The notes below the pieces were generated by a model, which saw only the letters and a list, made by a program, of their open reading frames with translations, was not told the DNA's origin and did no database searches. A stretch of DNA of 64,000 nucleotides, taken from a virus. Where the stretch lies: the IMG/VR virus record IMGVR_UViG_3300046781_000054, positions 28,059-92,058 of that record, one strand, 5' to 3'. Shown here one piece after another: positions 8,940 through 17,409 of the stretch (its first letter is position 1; each line of letters starts with the position of its first letter). Both the position numbers and the translations under genes were made by a program.

Positions 8940-9160
8940 CATGAAAAGGCCCCGCTTCGGTGGTGCTGGTTCGGTGAGAACCTGAAAGATCGCTCAGCGG
9001 GTTGGCACCCGGTGGGCCTTAGCTCGTCCCTGGCAGGACGGGCCGTGATGTGAAGGCCGTGAGGCCGGACAGTGGGTGACACCACTGAACGGGCGTAAGC
9101 GGCCAGGCGGTTGAGGAAGACGCTCCCCGGCAAGGGAGCGGCAGGACCTCCCGCCGTAGA
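8940..9160 (-). promoter_or_regulatory. Structured rep leader / attenuator candidate
   Basis: Tandem short hairpins and a closing stem AAGGCCC/GGGCCTTTT just before rep. Confidence 0.5.
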
Positions 9161-9166
9161 TACGGG

Positions 9167-9379
9167 CTACGTCATCTGATCTCCCTCAATGGGCGAGGTC
9201 TGCCCCTGTGCCTGCTTGGCCAGGAAGTTGATGTGCTTGTCGATCGCACCCATCAGAAGGTCGATCTCCCACTGCAAGGCGGGGCTCATCCGGGTGTGGC
9301 AGCAGATGGTTGAGGCCACCGTCTCCCGCAACTCCTCGCGGGTCATCGGCACGTTGGACCCGGGGAGAAGGGCGCTCAT
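9167..9379 (-). CDS. Hypothetical protein
   Basis: ATGA coupling to upstream gene. Confidence 0.65.
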   Translation of the reverse strand: MSALLPGSNVPMTREELRETVASTICCHTRMSPALQWEIDLLMGAIDKHINFLAKQAQGQTSPIEGDQMT

Positions 9380-9813
9380 CGCTCGCCCCCCGACCGCCGT
9401 GCGTTTACCCGGGCCCGCTCGTACCGCTCATGGGCCTCAAGGAACGCCGCCTCCGAGCCACCCATGTCCGGGTGCGCGGCCCGCATAGCCGCCTTCAACT
9501 GGCCCAAGTCCGGCGCGGGCGCGTAGACCTCAAGCACGGGCGGCTGGAGGTACAGACGTGCATCCGCCTCCCACCACCCGGCCGACTTCCGCCAGATCTC
9601 GCCAGCAGCCTCGATCTCGTGCCGATCGATGTAGCCGACGTCGCCACGGCCTTCCGAGCGGATGTAGTAGATGCGCTTCGGCGTCTTCCTGGTGACGCGG
9701 AAGGTAATGACCGTCTTCGGCACGTAGAAGCGACTGTCGTCGCCTTCGTGGTGCTCGGCCTGGATGGCATACAGGTACTCCACGGCGAGGAGGTCCCCGC
9801 CCTGGGTGCTCAT
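9376..9813 (-). CDS. Hypothetical protein with C-terminal J-domain-like segment
   Basis: LKAAMRAAHPDMGGSEAAFLEAHERYE (HPD motif); start likely ATG 9813. Confidence 0.7.
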   Translation of the reverse strand: MSTQGGDLLAVEYLYAIQAEHHEGDDSRFYVPKTVITFRVTRKTPKRIYYIRSEGRGDVGYIDRHEIEAAGEIWRKSAGWWEADARLYLQPPVLEVYAPAPDLGQLKAAMRAAHPDMGGSEAAFLEAHERYERARVNARRSGGER

Positions 9814-9970
9814 GCGACGGTCGGGGTAGTGGTGACAGGGCCCTCGCTCAACGCCGAACATGTGATGTTCACGGCGGAGACTGAGGTCCCACTGTCTGAT
9901 CGCCCGGATGTCCGGGTACGCTTCGCCATAGAGCTGGCACCTTCATTCGTTCGCACGGTGTGGTGTCGGC

Positions 9971-10033
9971 GGGCCCCGCGTCCAGATGCTTCCAACATCA
10001 GGACTGCCGTTGAATCGGCGAGCGGGGCCTTTT
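9971..10033 (+). ncRNA. Branched stem-loop with U-tract, candidate 3' end of an antisense RNA
   Basis: Stem GGGCCCCGC/GCGGGGCCT-TTT enclosing hairpins GATG-CTTCCAA-CATC and GCCG-TTGAAT-CGGC. Confidence 0.45.
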
Positions 10034-10090
10034 GACTTGTCTGGGAGACCGGCCGACCGCACATCTGAGTAGCCGTCTGGTCCATAGCGC

Positions 10091-10121
10091 AGTCTATCGG
10101 TTGGGGCTGACAATGTTCCCC
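10091..10121 (-). promoter_or_regulatory. Element-specific promoter GGGGAACA-N17-TAGACT
   Basis: Member of the 8-copy motif family; best -10 match. Confidence 0.7.
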
Positions 10122-10164
10122 GTGACTCGCGATCGTGTCGTACGTCCCGCGCGGCACCCTTGAC

Positions 10165-10593
10165 TCACCCCTCATCGTGGCCCCGCCCCTCCGACTCACC
10201 GTCAGCCGGATGCTCCGACAAGGCCGTTGCCATCGACCGGGCCACCATTCCCGCCATCGCCGAATGGCCGGCCGCCGCCAACTCCCCGCGGAGCCGCTCC
10301 AGCTGGTCCCGGTAGAAGTACGGGCGGGCCGCCAGCCTGGCCGTGTACATCCCCACAACGAACGCCCGCTCCCACACCTCCTGCACCACCACCGGATCCG
10401 CCTCCGGGAACAAATCCATCGGCAGCTTCGACGGCCGGCCCGCCGTCTCCAGCTCGGCGGCCGCGATCAGCCCCGCCAGATGCTGGGCCGTCATCACCGC
10501 CCGCCCCGACAGGCTCAGGTCCGTCCGTGACGTCTCGAACGCCGCCAGGTCCTGCTCGGCGGCCGCGGTCTCGGGAGTGTGGAACGTGGTCAC
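10165..10593 (-). CDS. Hypothetical protein
   Basis: GTGA coupling with the whiB-like gene; GGAGG RBS. Confidence 0.75.
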   Translation of the reverse strand: MTTFHTPETAAAEQDLAAFETSRTDLSLSGRAVMTAQHLAGLIAAAELETAGRPSKLPMDLFPEADPVVVQEVWERAFVVGMYTARLAARPYFYRDQLERLRGELAAAGHSAMAGMVARSMATALSEHPADGESEGRGHDEG

Positions 10594-11423
10594 GCGGCAG
10601 CCTCCACAGGCGTGGTCGGAACAGACGGAGAGGGGAACACAGTCACCGAACCGCCCGGGCGGGCCTCGGCGTCGAACAGATCCAGCTCAAGCTGGCCGGC
10701 GATCGCAGCGAACTTCGACGGCTTCGGACGCACACCCCGCGTCCGCGACGGGCCGGCCGGACGCGTCGGCTCGTCCTCCCGCACCCGCGACAGCGCGGGC
10801 ACCGTGCCGTCATCCCGGCGCACCACCCACCCCGGCGCCAGCAGCCCCCGCGCGGCCGCCTTGTCGATCAGCTCGTTCCGCGTCGCGGTCTTCGACAGAC
10901 CGAGCTTGTCCAGGAGCCGGGACCGCTGCCAGTTCGTCGTCCGCAGCGTCAAACCGGTCACCCGGGCTATCACCCGCACATCCGCGTACTTCACGACCGC
11001 CCGCAGCACCTTCTGTGTCTGCTCCGTCGCGAAGTACTCATCCGGGGCCTCCCGCGGCACCTGCCTGCTCCGCGCCGCAATGACCTCCCTCGACCGGTCC
11101 AGGGCGCGCATCCCGCCGAGGATGCCCTCCCGCTCGATCAACTGCCCGTCCGCGCCCACCGCCCGGCCGACCGCCAGGCACTGCACCATCACCGGACACG
11201 ACACACAGACGTCGATGGCGGCCTCCTCGCGGGCCCGGCGCACCGCCTGCGGCTCACCTCCGTCCCCGGACTGTGCAGTCCACGCATCCACCGACAGGCC
11301 CGGATTCCCCGCCGCACGCCGCGGATCATCCACATCGGGGGCGCACCCGCGGTACCGGTAGTGCGGATGCCAGGTCAACGCCTCATACGGCGACTTCGGC
11401 AACATCGTCTTGCTCGGGCTCAC
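10590..11423 (-). CDS. whiB: WhiB-family Fe-S transcription factor fused to a LuxR/sigma4-like HTH
   Basis: C-x(n)-CVSCPVMVQC...GILGG; downstream IARVTGLTLRTT...LLDKLGL...RNELI...RGLL; start GTG 11423. Confidence 0.8.
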   Translation of the reverse strand: MSPSKTMLPKSPYEALTWHPHYRYRGCAPDVDDPRRAAGNPGLSVDAWTAQSGDGGEPQAVRRAREEAAIDVCVSCPVMVQCLAVGRAVGADGQLIEREGILGGMRALDRSREVIAARSRQVPREAPDEYFATEQTQKVLRAVVKYADVRVIARVTGLTLRTTNWQRSRLLDKLGLSKTATRNELIDKAAARGLLAPGWVVRRDDGTVPALSRVREDEPTRPAGPSRTRGVRPKPSKFAAIAGQLELDLFDAEARPGGSVTVFPSPSVPTTPVEAAA

Positions 11424-11665
11424 TGGTGGCCCCCTTCCTGCACAGTGGACTGGCTCGTAGACGGGACCGGCCCGCCCGCCATAGCGGCGGCACGGGCCAG
11501 CTGAAGTTCGCGTTGATGGTCGGCGTGGACAACGTGGTCGACGAGCCGGCGCCCGGCCCGCTCCGCCCTCAGGTCCTGCTCGAGCGCGCCGACACGACGC
11601 ACCAGCCAGACGACAGCCCAGCCCGCGGCGAGGACCGTGAGACTGGCACGTATTCGGTGGGACAC
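11420..11665 (-). CDS. Small membrane-anchored hypothetical protein
   Basis: N-terminal hydrophobic helix; GTGA coupling. Confidence 0.6.
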   Translation of the reverse strand: MSHRIRASLTVLAAGWAVVWLVRRVGALEQDLRAERAGRRLVDHVVHADHQRELQLARAAAMAGGPVPSTSQSTVQEGGHQ

Positions 11666-11707
11666 GGGTCCTCACCACCTCTCTATCTGGGGAAGGGAAT
11701 TCGGGGG

Positions 11708-12037
11708 TCACTGCTGCGGCTTGGACGCCTTCAAGAACTCCTCGAAGGCGATCAGTTCCGCCTCGTGCACGACCGGCTCGCCCGCGTCAGCCGCTGCCTG
11801 CAACTGGGCGCGGTGGGCTGCCTCCCACGCGACCTCGCCCTCGAGAGCCGCCTCGTCGGCGCGCAGTCGGTCGATTGCCTGCTCCACGCTTCCCGGATAC
11901 ACATCCGTCGGGAGTACTCCGCGGGCCCGGGCACGACGCCGGCGCCACGCGGCGAACGCACCGACCAGCCACACCCCGCACAGGATGAAGACGGTGCCGA
12001 GGGCGATGAGCCAGTTGTAGAAGGTGTCTTCGTTCAC
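11708..12037 (-). CDS. Membrane-anchored hypothetical protein
   Basis: GTG 12037 after GAGG RBS; TM helix. Confidence 0.65.
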   Translation of the reverse strand: MNEDTFYNWLIALGTVFILCGVWLVGAFAAWRRRRARARGVLPTDVYPGSVEQAIDRLRADEAALEGEVAWEAAHRAQLQAAADAGEPVVHEAELIAFEEFLKASKPQQ

Positions 12038-12146
12038 GGCGGACCTCGTTTCAGGCAAGGGGGAATCCCCGACTGGCGAACTGGTGAGGTGAAGCGGGTC
12101 CGGTGGGGCGGACGGGCGGGGCACTCAGACGTCCCCGCCAGGGGTG

Positions 12147-13490
12147 TTACGCGGCCGAGGCCAGAGCGTCCTGCAGAAACGGCACCCCGGTGGCGGCGGC
12201 CACGACGTGCGCGGCCAGGAGGGGCGGAACAGCGTTACCGATCTGCTCGTACGCCTTGGTCTTCGTGCCCTGCCACGGATAGTCCTCGGGGAAGGACTGG
12301 AGGATCGACCCCTCCGGGACGGTCAACATGCGGCTCTTGTCGCCGTCCGTGAACACGTACTCGTTACGAGCGTGCCCGAACGCCAAGGTTGCGGCCGGCT
12401 CGGACATCGTGCGTACCGTGGCGTTGGCGCGGGCGTTGTGCTTGAGAACCCACTGCCCACCGGATTTGCTGGTAAGTGCGGGTGCGGGTGCGGTGTGCGG
12501 GTCAATCGTCTGCCGCGAACCGTCAGGCTGCTGATTCCGATTCGTGTGCAACGTCCACGACCGGGCCCTCGCCGTCAAAGCCTGCGACGGCTCATCCACC
12601 GGGAACTCGTTGCCGCCCTGCGTCTTGCGCTCACCGCGAGTGTTCACGATGAGGCTCGGGACCAGGCCGAGCGCGTCGGCCATCGTCACGTACTGCGGAC
12701 GAGCCTCACCGAACAGATCCTCGGCCTCGATCTCCTTGCTGTGCGTCGGCGCCGGCGGGCCCATGGGACGCACGGCCGAAGCCAGGAGCACCGCACGCCT
12801 ACGGGTCTGCGGCACTCCGTAGTCCGCCGCGTTCAAGACGCCCGACCACACGAACCAGCCCAGCCTGCGCAGCTCCTCGCCGTACACCTTCCACAGCGGC
12901 AGCACACCCGGCACCTGCTCGAACGCCGCCCACTCCAACGGGATCCCGGCGGACGTGTCGCCGGTGGTCAGCTCCCACAGGTAACGAGCCGGCTCCAGCA
13001 CCAGCACCGTCACGAACGCGTCCTCCCGCGCCGCCGCCTCCACCTGGGCGACCGTCCAAGGCCGCTTGCCCTTCGCTACACGCTCGGCGTTGTCCGCCTC
13101 CTGCTGCGCCAACGCGACCGGGAAGATCCGCTCCCGCAACTCCTCGCGGCAGTCGTCGCCGCGCAGCATCCGCTGGATCCCGTCGGCGAGCAGGCCCATG
13201 ACCCGCATGCCGAACTGCTTGCCGGCCGTGGAGAACTTCGTGCACGGCGGCGAGAACAGCAGTCCCCACACCTGGCCCACGAGCGGCGTCAGGACGAACG
13301 AGGAGACGTCCACCCGGACCGTCGTGTGCCCGGCAGCCCTACGCGTCTCACAGGCCGCCGCATCCCACTCCAGACCCACATCCGTCAGGCCCAGCCAGCG
13401 GCGTATGCCTTCCGACCAGCCGCCCGGGCCAGCGCACCCGTCGAGGATGAGGCCCTTCTGCTGCGGCGCCCACCCGGCGAACACGGCCAT
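12147..13490 (-). CDS. DNA (cytosine-5) methyltransferase, orphan
   Basis: Motif I CAGPGG, IV SPPC, VI FEQV, VIII YGVPQTRRR, IX QSFP, X QIGNAVPP; start ATG 13490. Confidence 0.92.
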   Translation of the reverse strand: MAVFAGWAPQQKGLILDGCAGPGGWSEGIRRWLGLTDVGLEWDAAACETRRAAGHTTVRVDVSSFVLTPLVGQVWGLLFSPPCTKFSTAGKQFGMRVMGLLADGIQRMLRGDDCREELRERIFPVALAQQEADNAERVAKGKRPWTVAQVEAAAREDAFVTVLVLEPARYLWELTTGDTSAGIPLEWAAFEQVPGVLPLWKVYGEELRRLGWFVWSGVLNAADYGVPQTRRRAVLLASAVRPMGPPAPTHSKEIEAEDLFGEARPQYVTMADALGLVPSLIVNTRGERKTQGGNEFPVDEPSQALTARARSWTLHTNRNQQPDGSRQTIDPHTAPAPALTSKSGGQWVLKHNARANATVRTMSEPAATLAFGHARNEYVFTDGDKSRMLTVPEGSILQSFPEDYPWQGTKTKAYEQIGNAVPPLLAAHVVAAATGVPFLQDALASAA

Positions 13491-14452
13491 CAGGCGGCGC
13501 TCCCCTCGGGTGTCTTGGTGGGCTGCAGTTCGGTGATCCGGGCCTCGAGCAGTGCGTCGAACGTGGTCCAGTTGCTCTCGGGCGGCGGACCCTGCACGCT
13601 CCGTTCGGACACCGCGTTCTTCTTGCCGTCCAAGCGGATCTGCAGCAGCGCCGTCGGGTTGTCCCAGCAGTTCCGGTACTGCGCGATCAGGCGCGCCAGA
13701 GGATCCTCGTCGGGCGCCGAAGTCGGCGGAGCCTGGTGAGCGTGCTCGCGGGCCTGCTCCGGCTCCGTACGGGCCGGTGCCGACTGGCCGCCCTGTTCCG
13801 CTGCCTCTCCGCCTCCGGACTCCAGGATCTCCAGGTCGGATGACGTCCACAGATCCAGGGCCATCCCGAAGCGCATCCCCGCGTTACGGATCGCATCGCC
13901 GATGATCTCCTTCACGGCGTTCGCGCCGTCCTTACCGGTCGCGTCGCCGTACCCGATCCGCGTCATCCCGCACACCGTCATCCGGATCCACAGCCCGCGG
14001 TTCCCGTCGTACTGGGGAAGCCCGCTGCCATCCAACGCCAGCGGCAGCCAGTCCCAGAACGGATCCACGTTCAGCAGCCGGTTCGTGGCCTCGGCGTGCC
14101 CGATGTACTTCAGGCAGATGTGCGCCTCGGTGATTTTCTGGTTGTTGCAGCGCTGGCAGCGGATCTCGTTGTGGTTCTGGCACACCTTGGGCCAGCCCTG
14201 TGTCTGGCTGCACTTCTTGCACCAGGGCTGCGGCCGGTACCGCACTTCGCTGGTCGGGAACGGCTCCCGCAGCCGGTGCAGGGCCTCCATCTGCTCGGCC
14301 CGCGTGTAGCCGTACGTGCCGGAAGCGTTGGCCTTCTGCTCCTCCAGCCGCTCCAGACGGGCGACGAGGGCTTCCAGATCCGGGTTCGGGGTGTGCGAGG
14401 TCAGACCCTCCGCGATGCTGCTCTGTGCGGGGGCCTCAACGGCTTGCGCCAT
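13490..14452 (-). CDS. Rad52/Rad22 (Sak)-like ssDNA annealing protein with Cys/His insertion
   Basis: LREPFP...YIGHAEATNRL..VDPFWDW...TRIGYG...KEIIGDAIRNAGMRFGMALDLW. Confidence 0.8.
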   Translation of the reverse strand: MAQAVEAPAQSSIAEGLTSHTPNPDLEALVARLERLEEQKANASGTYGYTRAEQMEALHRLREPFPTSEVRYRPQPWCKKCSQTQGWPKVCQNHNEIRCQRCNNQKITEAHICLKYIGHAEATNRLLNVDPFWDWLPLALDGSGLPQYDGNRGLWIRMTVCGMTRIGYGDATGKDGANAVKEIIGDAIRNAGMRFGMALDLWTSSDLEILESGGGEAAEQGGQSAPARTEPEQAREHAHQAPPTSAPDEDPLARLIAQYRNCWDNPTALLQIRLDGKKNAVSERSVQGPPPESNWTTFDALLEARITELQPTKTPEGSAA

Positions 14453-14525
14453 GAGGGTTTCTCCTATGGGGTTATGCAGGGTGCGGGGCGGCCCACCAAT
14501 CCGGGGGCCGGCATCCCGCCCCCGA

Positions 14526-15485
14526 TCAGTCGGTTCCGGCCGTCAGGCCGTACTCCTCGTCAAACAGCTCTTCCAAGCCCAACTCGTTCGCGAGCCAGCC
14601 CGTACCGATCGTCTGCGGCGACACCCGGTACTTCAGCGTCTGCTGCAACTCGGCCGCCTTCACCCGCACCGACGCGAACAGTTCCGCATCCACATACGGG
14701 CTCAACAGCTTCCGCTCGTACGTCGACCCGGGCGCTGCCTTCGGCACCGGCCACGGCTCCCACTCACCGGCGAGAACCTTCCGCAGACCCTCCTCAACGA
14801 TCCGCCGCAACTCCGAGTCCGTGTTGTCCAGCCCCGCCAGAATCGCAGCATGCAACTGCGGCGGCACCGGCATGTTCATCAGAGCCAGATCACTCTTCGG
14901 CACCTCGTAGGCGACACCGAACTCCTCGCACAGCAGCGCCGTCGCCATCTTCGGCACCGTCGCCTTCGCCTCGTACCCCAGCCGCCGGCCGATCTCCGCG
15001 ACCTGATCCCGCATCCGAGCCAGCAGCTCCATGTCGACGGGCACGTTCAGGTTCACGCGTTCCACGGCGGAATTGCGGGGGCTGCGCGGAATCTCGACCG
15101 GCTCGGCCTCACCGTCCAGGACAGCCCTGAACCGGTCGTTGAGGGCCTTGCCCAGCAACGCGGACACGCTCTTGCCCGGCTGCTTGGCCGCGCTCTGCAG
15201 AGCTGCACGCAGCGGCTCCGGCATCCCGATCGCCAGGTTCTGCGTCGTGTCCTCACTCAGATCGCCGGCGCGCTCGTCGTGCTGCAGCATCCGGAACCCG
15301 AACGGGGAACGCAGCTCCTCCAGCGTCGCGGCAACCTCGGGCAGTTGCCCCTCGACGGCGTCAGCGGCCAGCTTCAGGTGCTCGCGGACGGTCTCAACAC
15401 TCTTGCTGCGGCGGGGCACGGGGCGGGTCCTCTCGGCGGAGCGCCCGGTGCGGCGGTGCGGCGGGCGCGTGGGGGTATTGGCCAC
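14526..15485 (-). CDS. Putative repressor with four tandem ribbon-helix-helix-like units
   Basis: Four beta-helix-helix repeats (NLAIGMPEPL, NLNVPVDMEL, LMNMPVPPQL, LLSPYVDAEL); GTG 15485 after GGAGG (or ATG 15500). Confidence 0.65.
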   Translation of the reverse strand: MANTPTRPPHRRTGRSAERTRPVPRRSKSVETVREHLKLAADAVEGQLPEVAATLEELRSPFGFRMLQHDERAGDLSEDTTQNLAIGMPEPLRAALQSAAKQPGKSVSALLGKALNDRFRAVLDGEAEPVEIPRSPRNSAVERVNLNVPVDMELLARMRDQVAEIGRRLGYEAKATVPKMATALLCEEFGVAYEVPKSDLALMNMPVPPQLHAAILAGLDNTDSELRRIVEEGLRKVLAGEWEPWPVPKAAPGSTYERKLLSPYVDAELFASVRVKAAELQQTLKYRVSPQTIGTGWLANELGLEELFDEEYGLTAGTD

Positions 15486-15496
15486 GCCATCATCCT

Positions 15497-15509
15497 CCAT
15501 AACGCATTG
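15497..15509. promoter_or_regulatory. Operator copy CCATAACGCATTG
   Basis: Identical to 2163-2175; abuts the RBS of the RHH gene. Confidence 0.65.
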
Positions 15510-15565
15510 GTGGACCAGAGGCGGCTGGTGCCGTCCCGGTGGTCACGACGATACGCACAAACCCC

Positions 15566-15594
15566 TTGCTTGTCCATGCGTTATGGATTACGTT
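15566..15594 (+). promoter_or_regulatory. Promoter TTGCTT-N17-TACGTT with operator ATGCGTTATGG in the spacer
   Basis: Same architecture as 2155-2183; upstream of the WYL gene. Confidence 0.7.
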
Positions 15595-15628
15595 CTAAGT
15601 ATTCCAACTAGCAAGCGGGGGCACCCAC

Positions 15629-16054
15629 ATGAAGCACACCCACAGCCAGCCGGCCACCAAAACCCTCGCCGACCTGTACCGCGCCATCGACCACCGCCGG
15701 GCAGTCACCATCACCTACCTCAAGCCCGGCGAGACCGAGCCCACCGTCCGCACCATCGAGATCGCCGAACTCCGCACCGCCAGCGTCAAGGTGCGCAAGG
15801 GAGAACTGACCGGCGGCGGCATCGTCATCGTCGCCATGTGCCGGCTCCGCGGAGAGCGCCGCGAGTTCCACCTCTCCGGCCTGATCTCGTACACCGTCCA
15901 CCGCATCGGCTACGTGCTGACCATGCCGCCCAACACCACCTACGAAGCCCCCGTACCCGCGCCCGTCGACGACGTCCAGGCCCTGTTCTTTCACGAGCTG
16001 GCCCGCGACCGCGACGACGCCGACTACCGGCCCCGCGTACGTCTGGCGGCCTGA
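15629..16054 (+). CDS. Stand-alone WYL-domain protein
   Basis: AIDHRRAVTITY...RTIE...AMCRLRGERREFHLSGL; no HTH. Confidence 0.8.
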   Translation: MKHTHSQPATKTLADLYRAIDHRRAVTITYLKPGETEPTVRTIEIAELRTASVKVRKGELTGGGIVIVAMCRLRGERREFHLSGLISYTVHRIGYVLTMPPNTTYEAPVPAPVDDVQALFFHELARDRDDADYRPRVRLAA

Positions 16055-16196
16055 CCAGGGCCCACAACGAAGAAAGCCACCGACTCCGCATGGAGTTGGT
16101 GGCCAATCCTGATGGGCGCACGCCCGATTCGACGGAAGTCTAACCCGGGAACGCGCCACCGATCAAGAAACTCTCCAAACTGGGGGAACGCTCAGC

Positions 16197-17129
16197 ATGC
16201 AGCAGTACGCCGTCAGATGCGGATGCGGCCGAACCATGAACCTGTACGGGCGCGCCGGCCGCAATGCCTTCCGCTGCGGATGCGGCACACGCGTACAGGT
16301 GGTGGCGGCGCCCGTCACCACCCGGATCTGCACGTTCGGAGAATGTCGCACCCTGGCGACCACCAAGGAACCGCTGCGTTTCTGTCCCGAGCACGAGGAG
16401 CAAGCATCAACTCTGCTCGCCCACACCGCTGGCGCCGTCAAAGTGCGGGAACTGGAGATAGGCCTGACCCAGGGCGAGACGACATGGGCCCGCAGGTACG
16501 GATCCAGGATCCGGCGAGGCCCGCAGGACACGGCGCACGCCCCGACCGTCTACTTTGCCCGCAAAGAACACCTCATCAAGATCGGGACCACGACAAACCT
16601 GTATGTCCGGATGGCGACTCTATACACACAGGCCCTGGCAACAGAGCCCGGCGGCATCGTCCGTGAACGTCAGCTGCACCGCCGCTTTGGGCACCTGCTA
16701 GCCCCTGGGCGAGGACGCGAATGGTTCCACCCGGAGCCCGAACTGATGGAGTACATCAACGAACTCCGTACCGCATCCGGAATCCCGCCGGTCGGCAGCC
16801 CAGCGCCGCCCATAGGTCAATACGTAGAGATTGACACCTACCTGGCAGAGACCACCGAACAACGCCCTGTCCGGACACTCACGCAGAACGGAGAACCCCT
16901 GGCCGGTCGAATGGTCATGGAGAAGCTTGCCCGATCCCACCCTCGCTCGCAGGTGCACGCCGCCGTTACAGGTACGTGGCAGACCCGCAGACTTGCCGTG
17001 GCAGCCTGCACCCCGTCCAGGGAGATTGGTGCCGGATCAGGAGGTCTGGTTACCGCCTCCACGGTGCCCAGCCGAGACCTGTGTAACCGGCTTCCCTGCC
17101 TTGCCCGCTGGGACACGTTGACCGACTAA
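16197..17129 (+). CDS. GIY-YIG/T5orf172-like nuclease-domain protein with N-terminal Cys motifs
   Basis: VYF...IKIGTTTNL..RM...ERQLHRRF...EWF; less GC3-biased codons. Confidence 0.75.
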   Translation: MQQYAVRCGCGRTMNLYGRAGRNAFRCGCGTRVQVVAAPVTTRICTFGECRTLATTKEPLRFCPEHEEQASTLLAHTAGAVKVRELEIGLTQGETTWARRYGSRIRRGPQDTAHAPTVYFARKEHLIKIGTTTNLYVRMATLYTQALATEPGGIVRERQLHRRFGHLLAPGRGREWFHPEPELMEYINELRTASGIPPVGSPAPPIGQYVEIDTYLAETTEQRPVRTLTQNGEPLAGRMVMEKLARSHPRSQVHAAVTGTWQTRRLAVAACTPSREIGAGSGGLVTASTVPSRDLCNRLPCLARWDTLTD

Positions 17130-17185
17130 CCCAGACCGCCGCCACGGGGGAAGCCCCAGTTCAGGATCGCGCGAGAATCGATGCC

Positions 17186-17374
17186 ATGACCCGTCAGGAA
17201 GCCCTCACCGAGCAGCCATCCGGCCCCCGCCGGCGCGTCTGGTGCCGCGGCTGCCGCAAGGAACTGACCGACCCCGACAGCCGAACCCGCGGCTACGGCC
17301 CCGAATGCGATCCCGACACCCGCGCCGGCCACGAACGGCGCGACGCCGACCAAGACCCCATCCCCGGACTGTAG
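17186..17374 (+). CDS. Small zinc-finger protein (DUF6011-like)
   Basis: CRGCRKELTDPDSRTRGYGPEC. Confidence 0.75.
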   Translation: MTRQEALTEQPSGPRRRVWCRGCRKELTDPDSRTRGYGPECDPDTRAGHERRDADQDPIPGL

Positions 17375-17409
17375 CGCGGGCCTCGGTGTACGTCGGGGCG
17401 CTGCGGATG

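Noticed and set aside
5546-13850. Longest-ORF starts in the track for parA (6349), dciA (7724), rep (9133), whiB (11711) and the MTase (13850)
   Set aside because: Extensions overlap neighbouring genes or structured leaders; internal starts with RBS or stop-start coupling fit better
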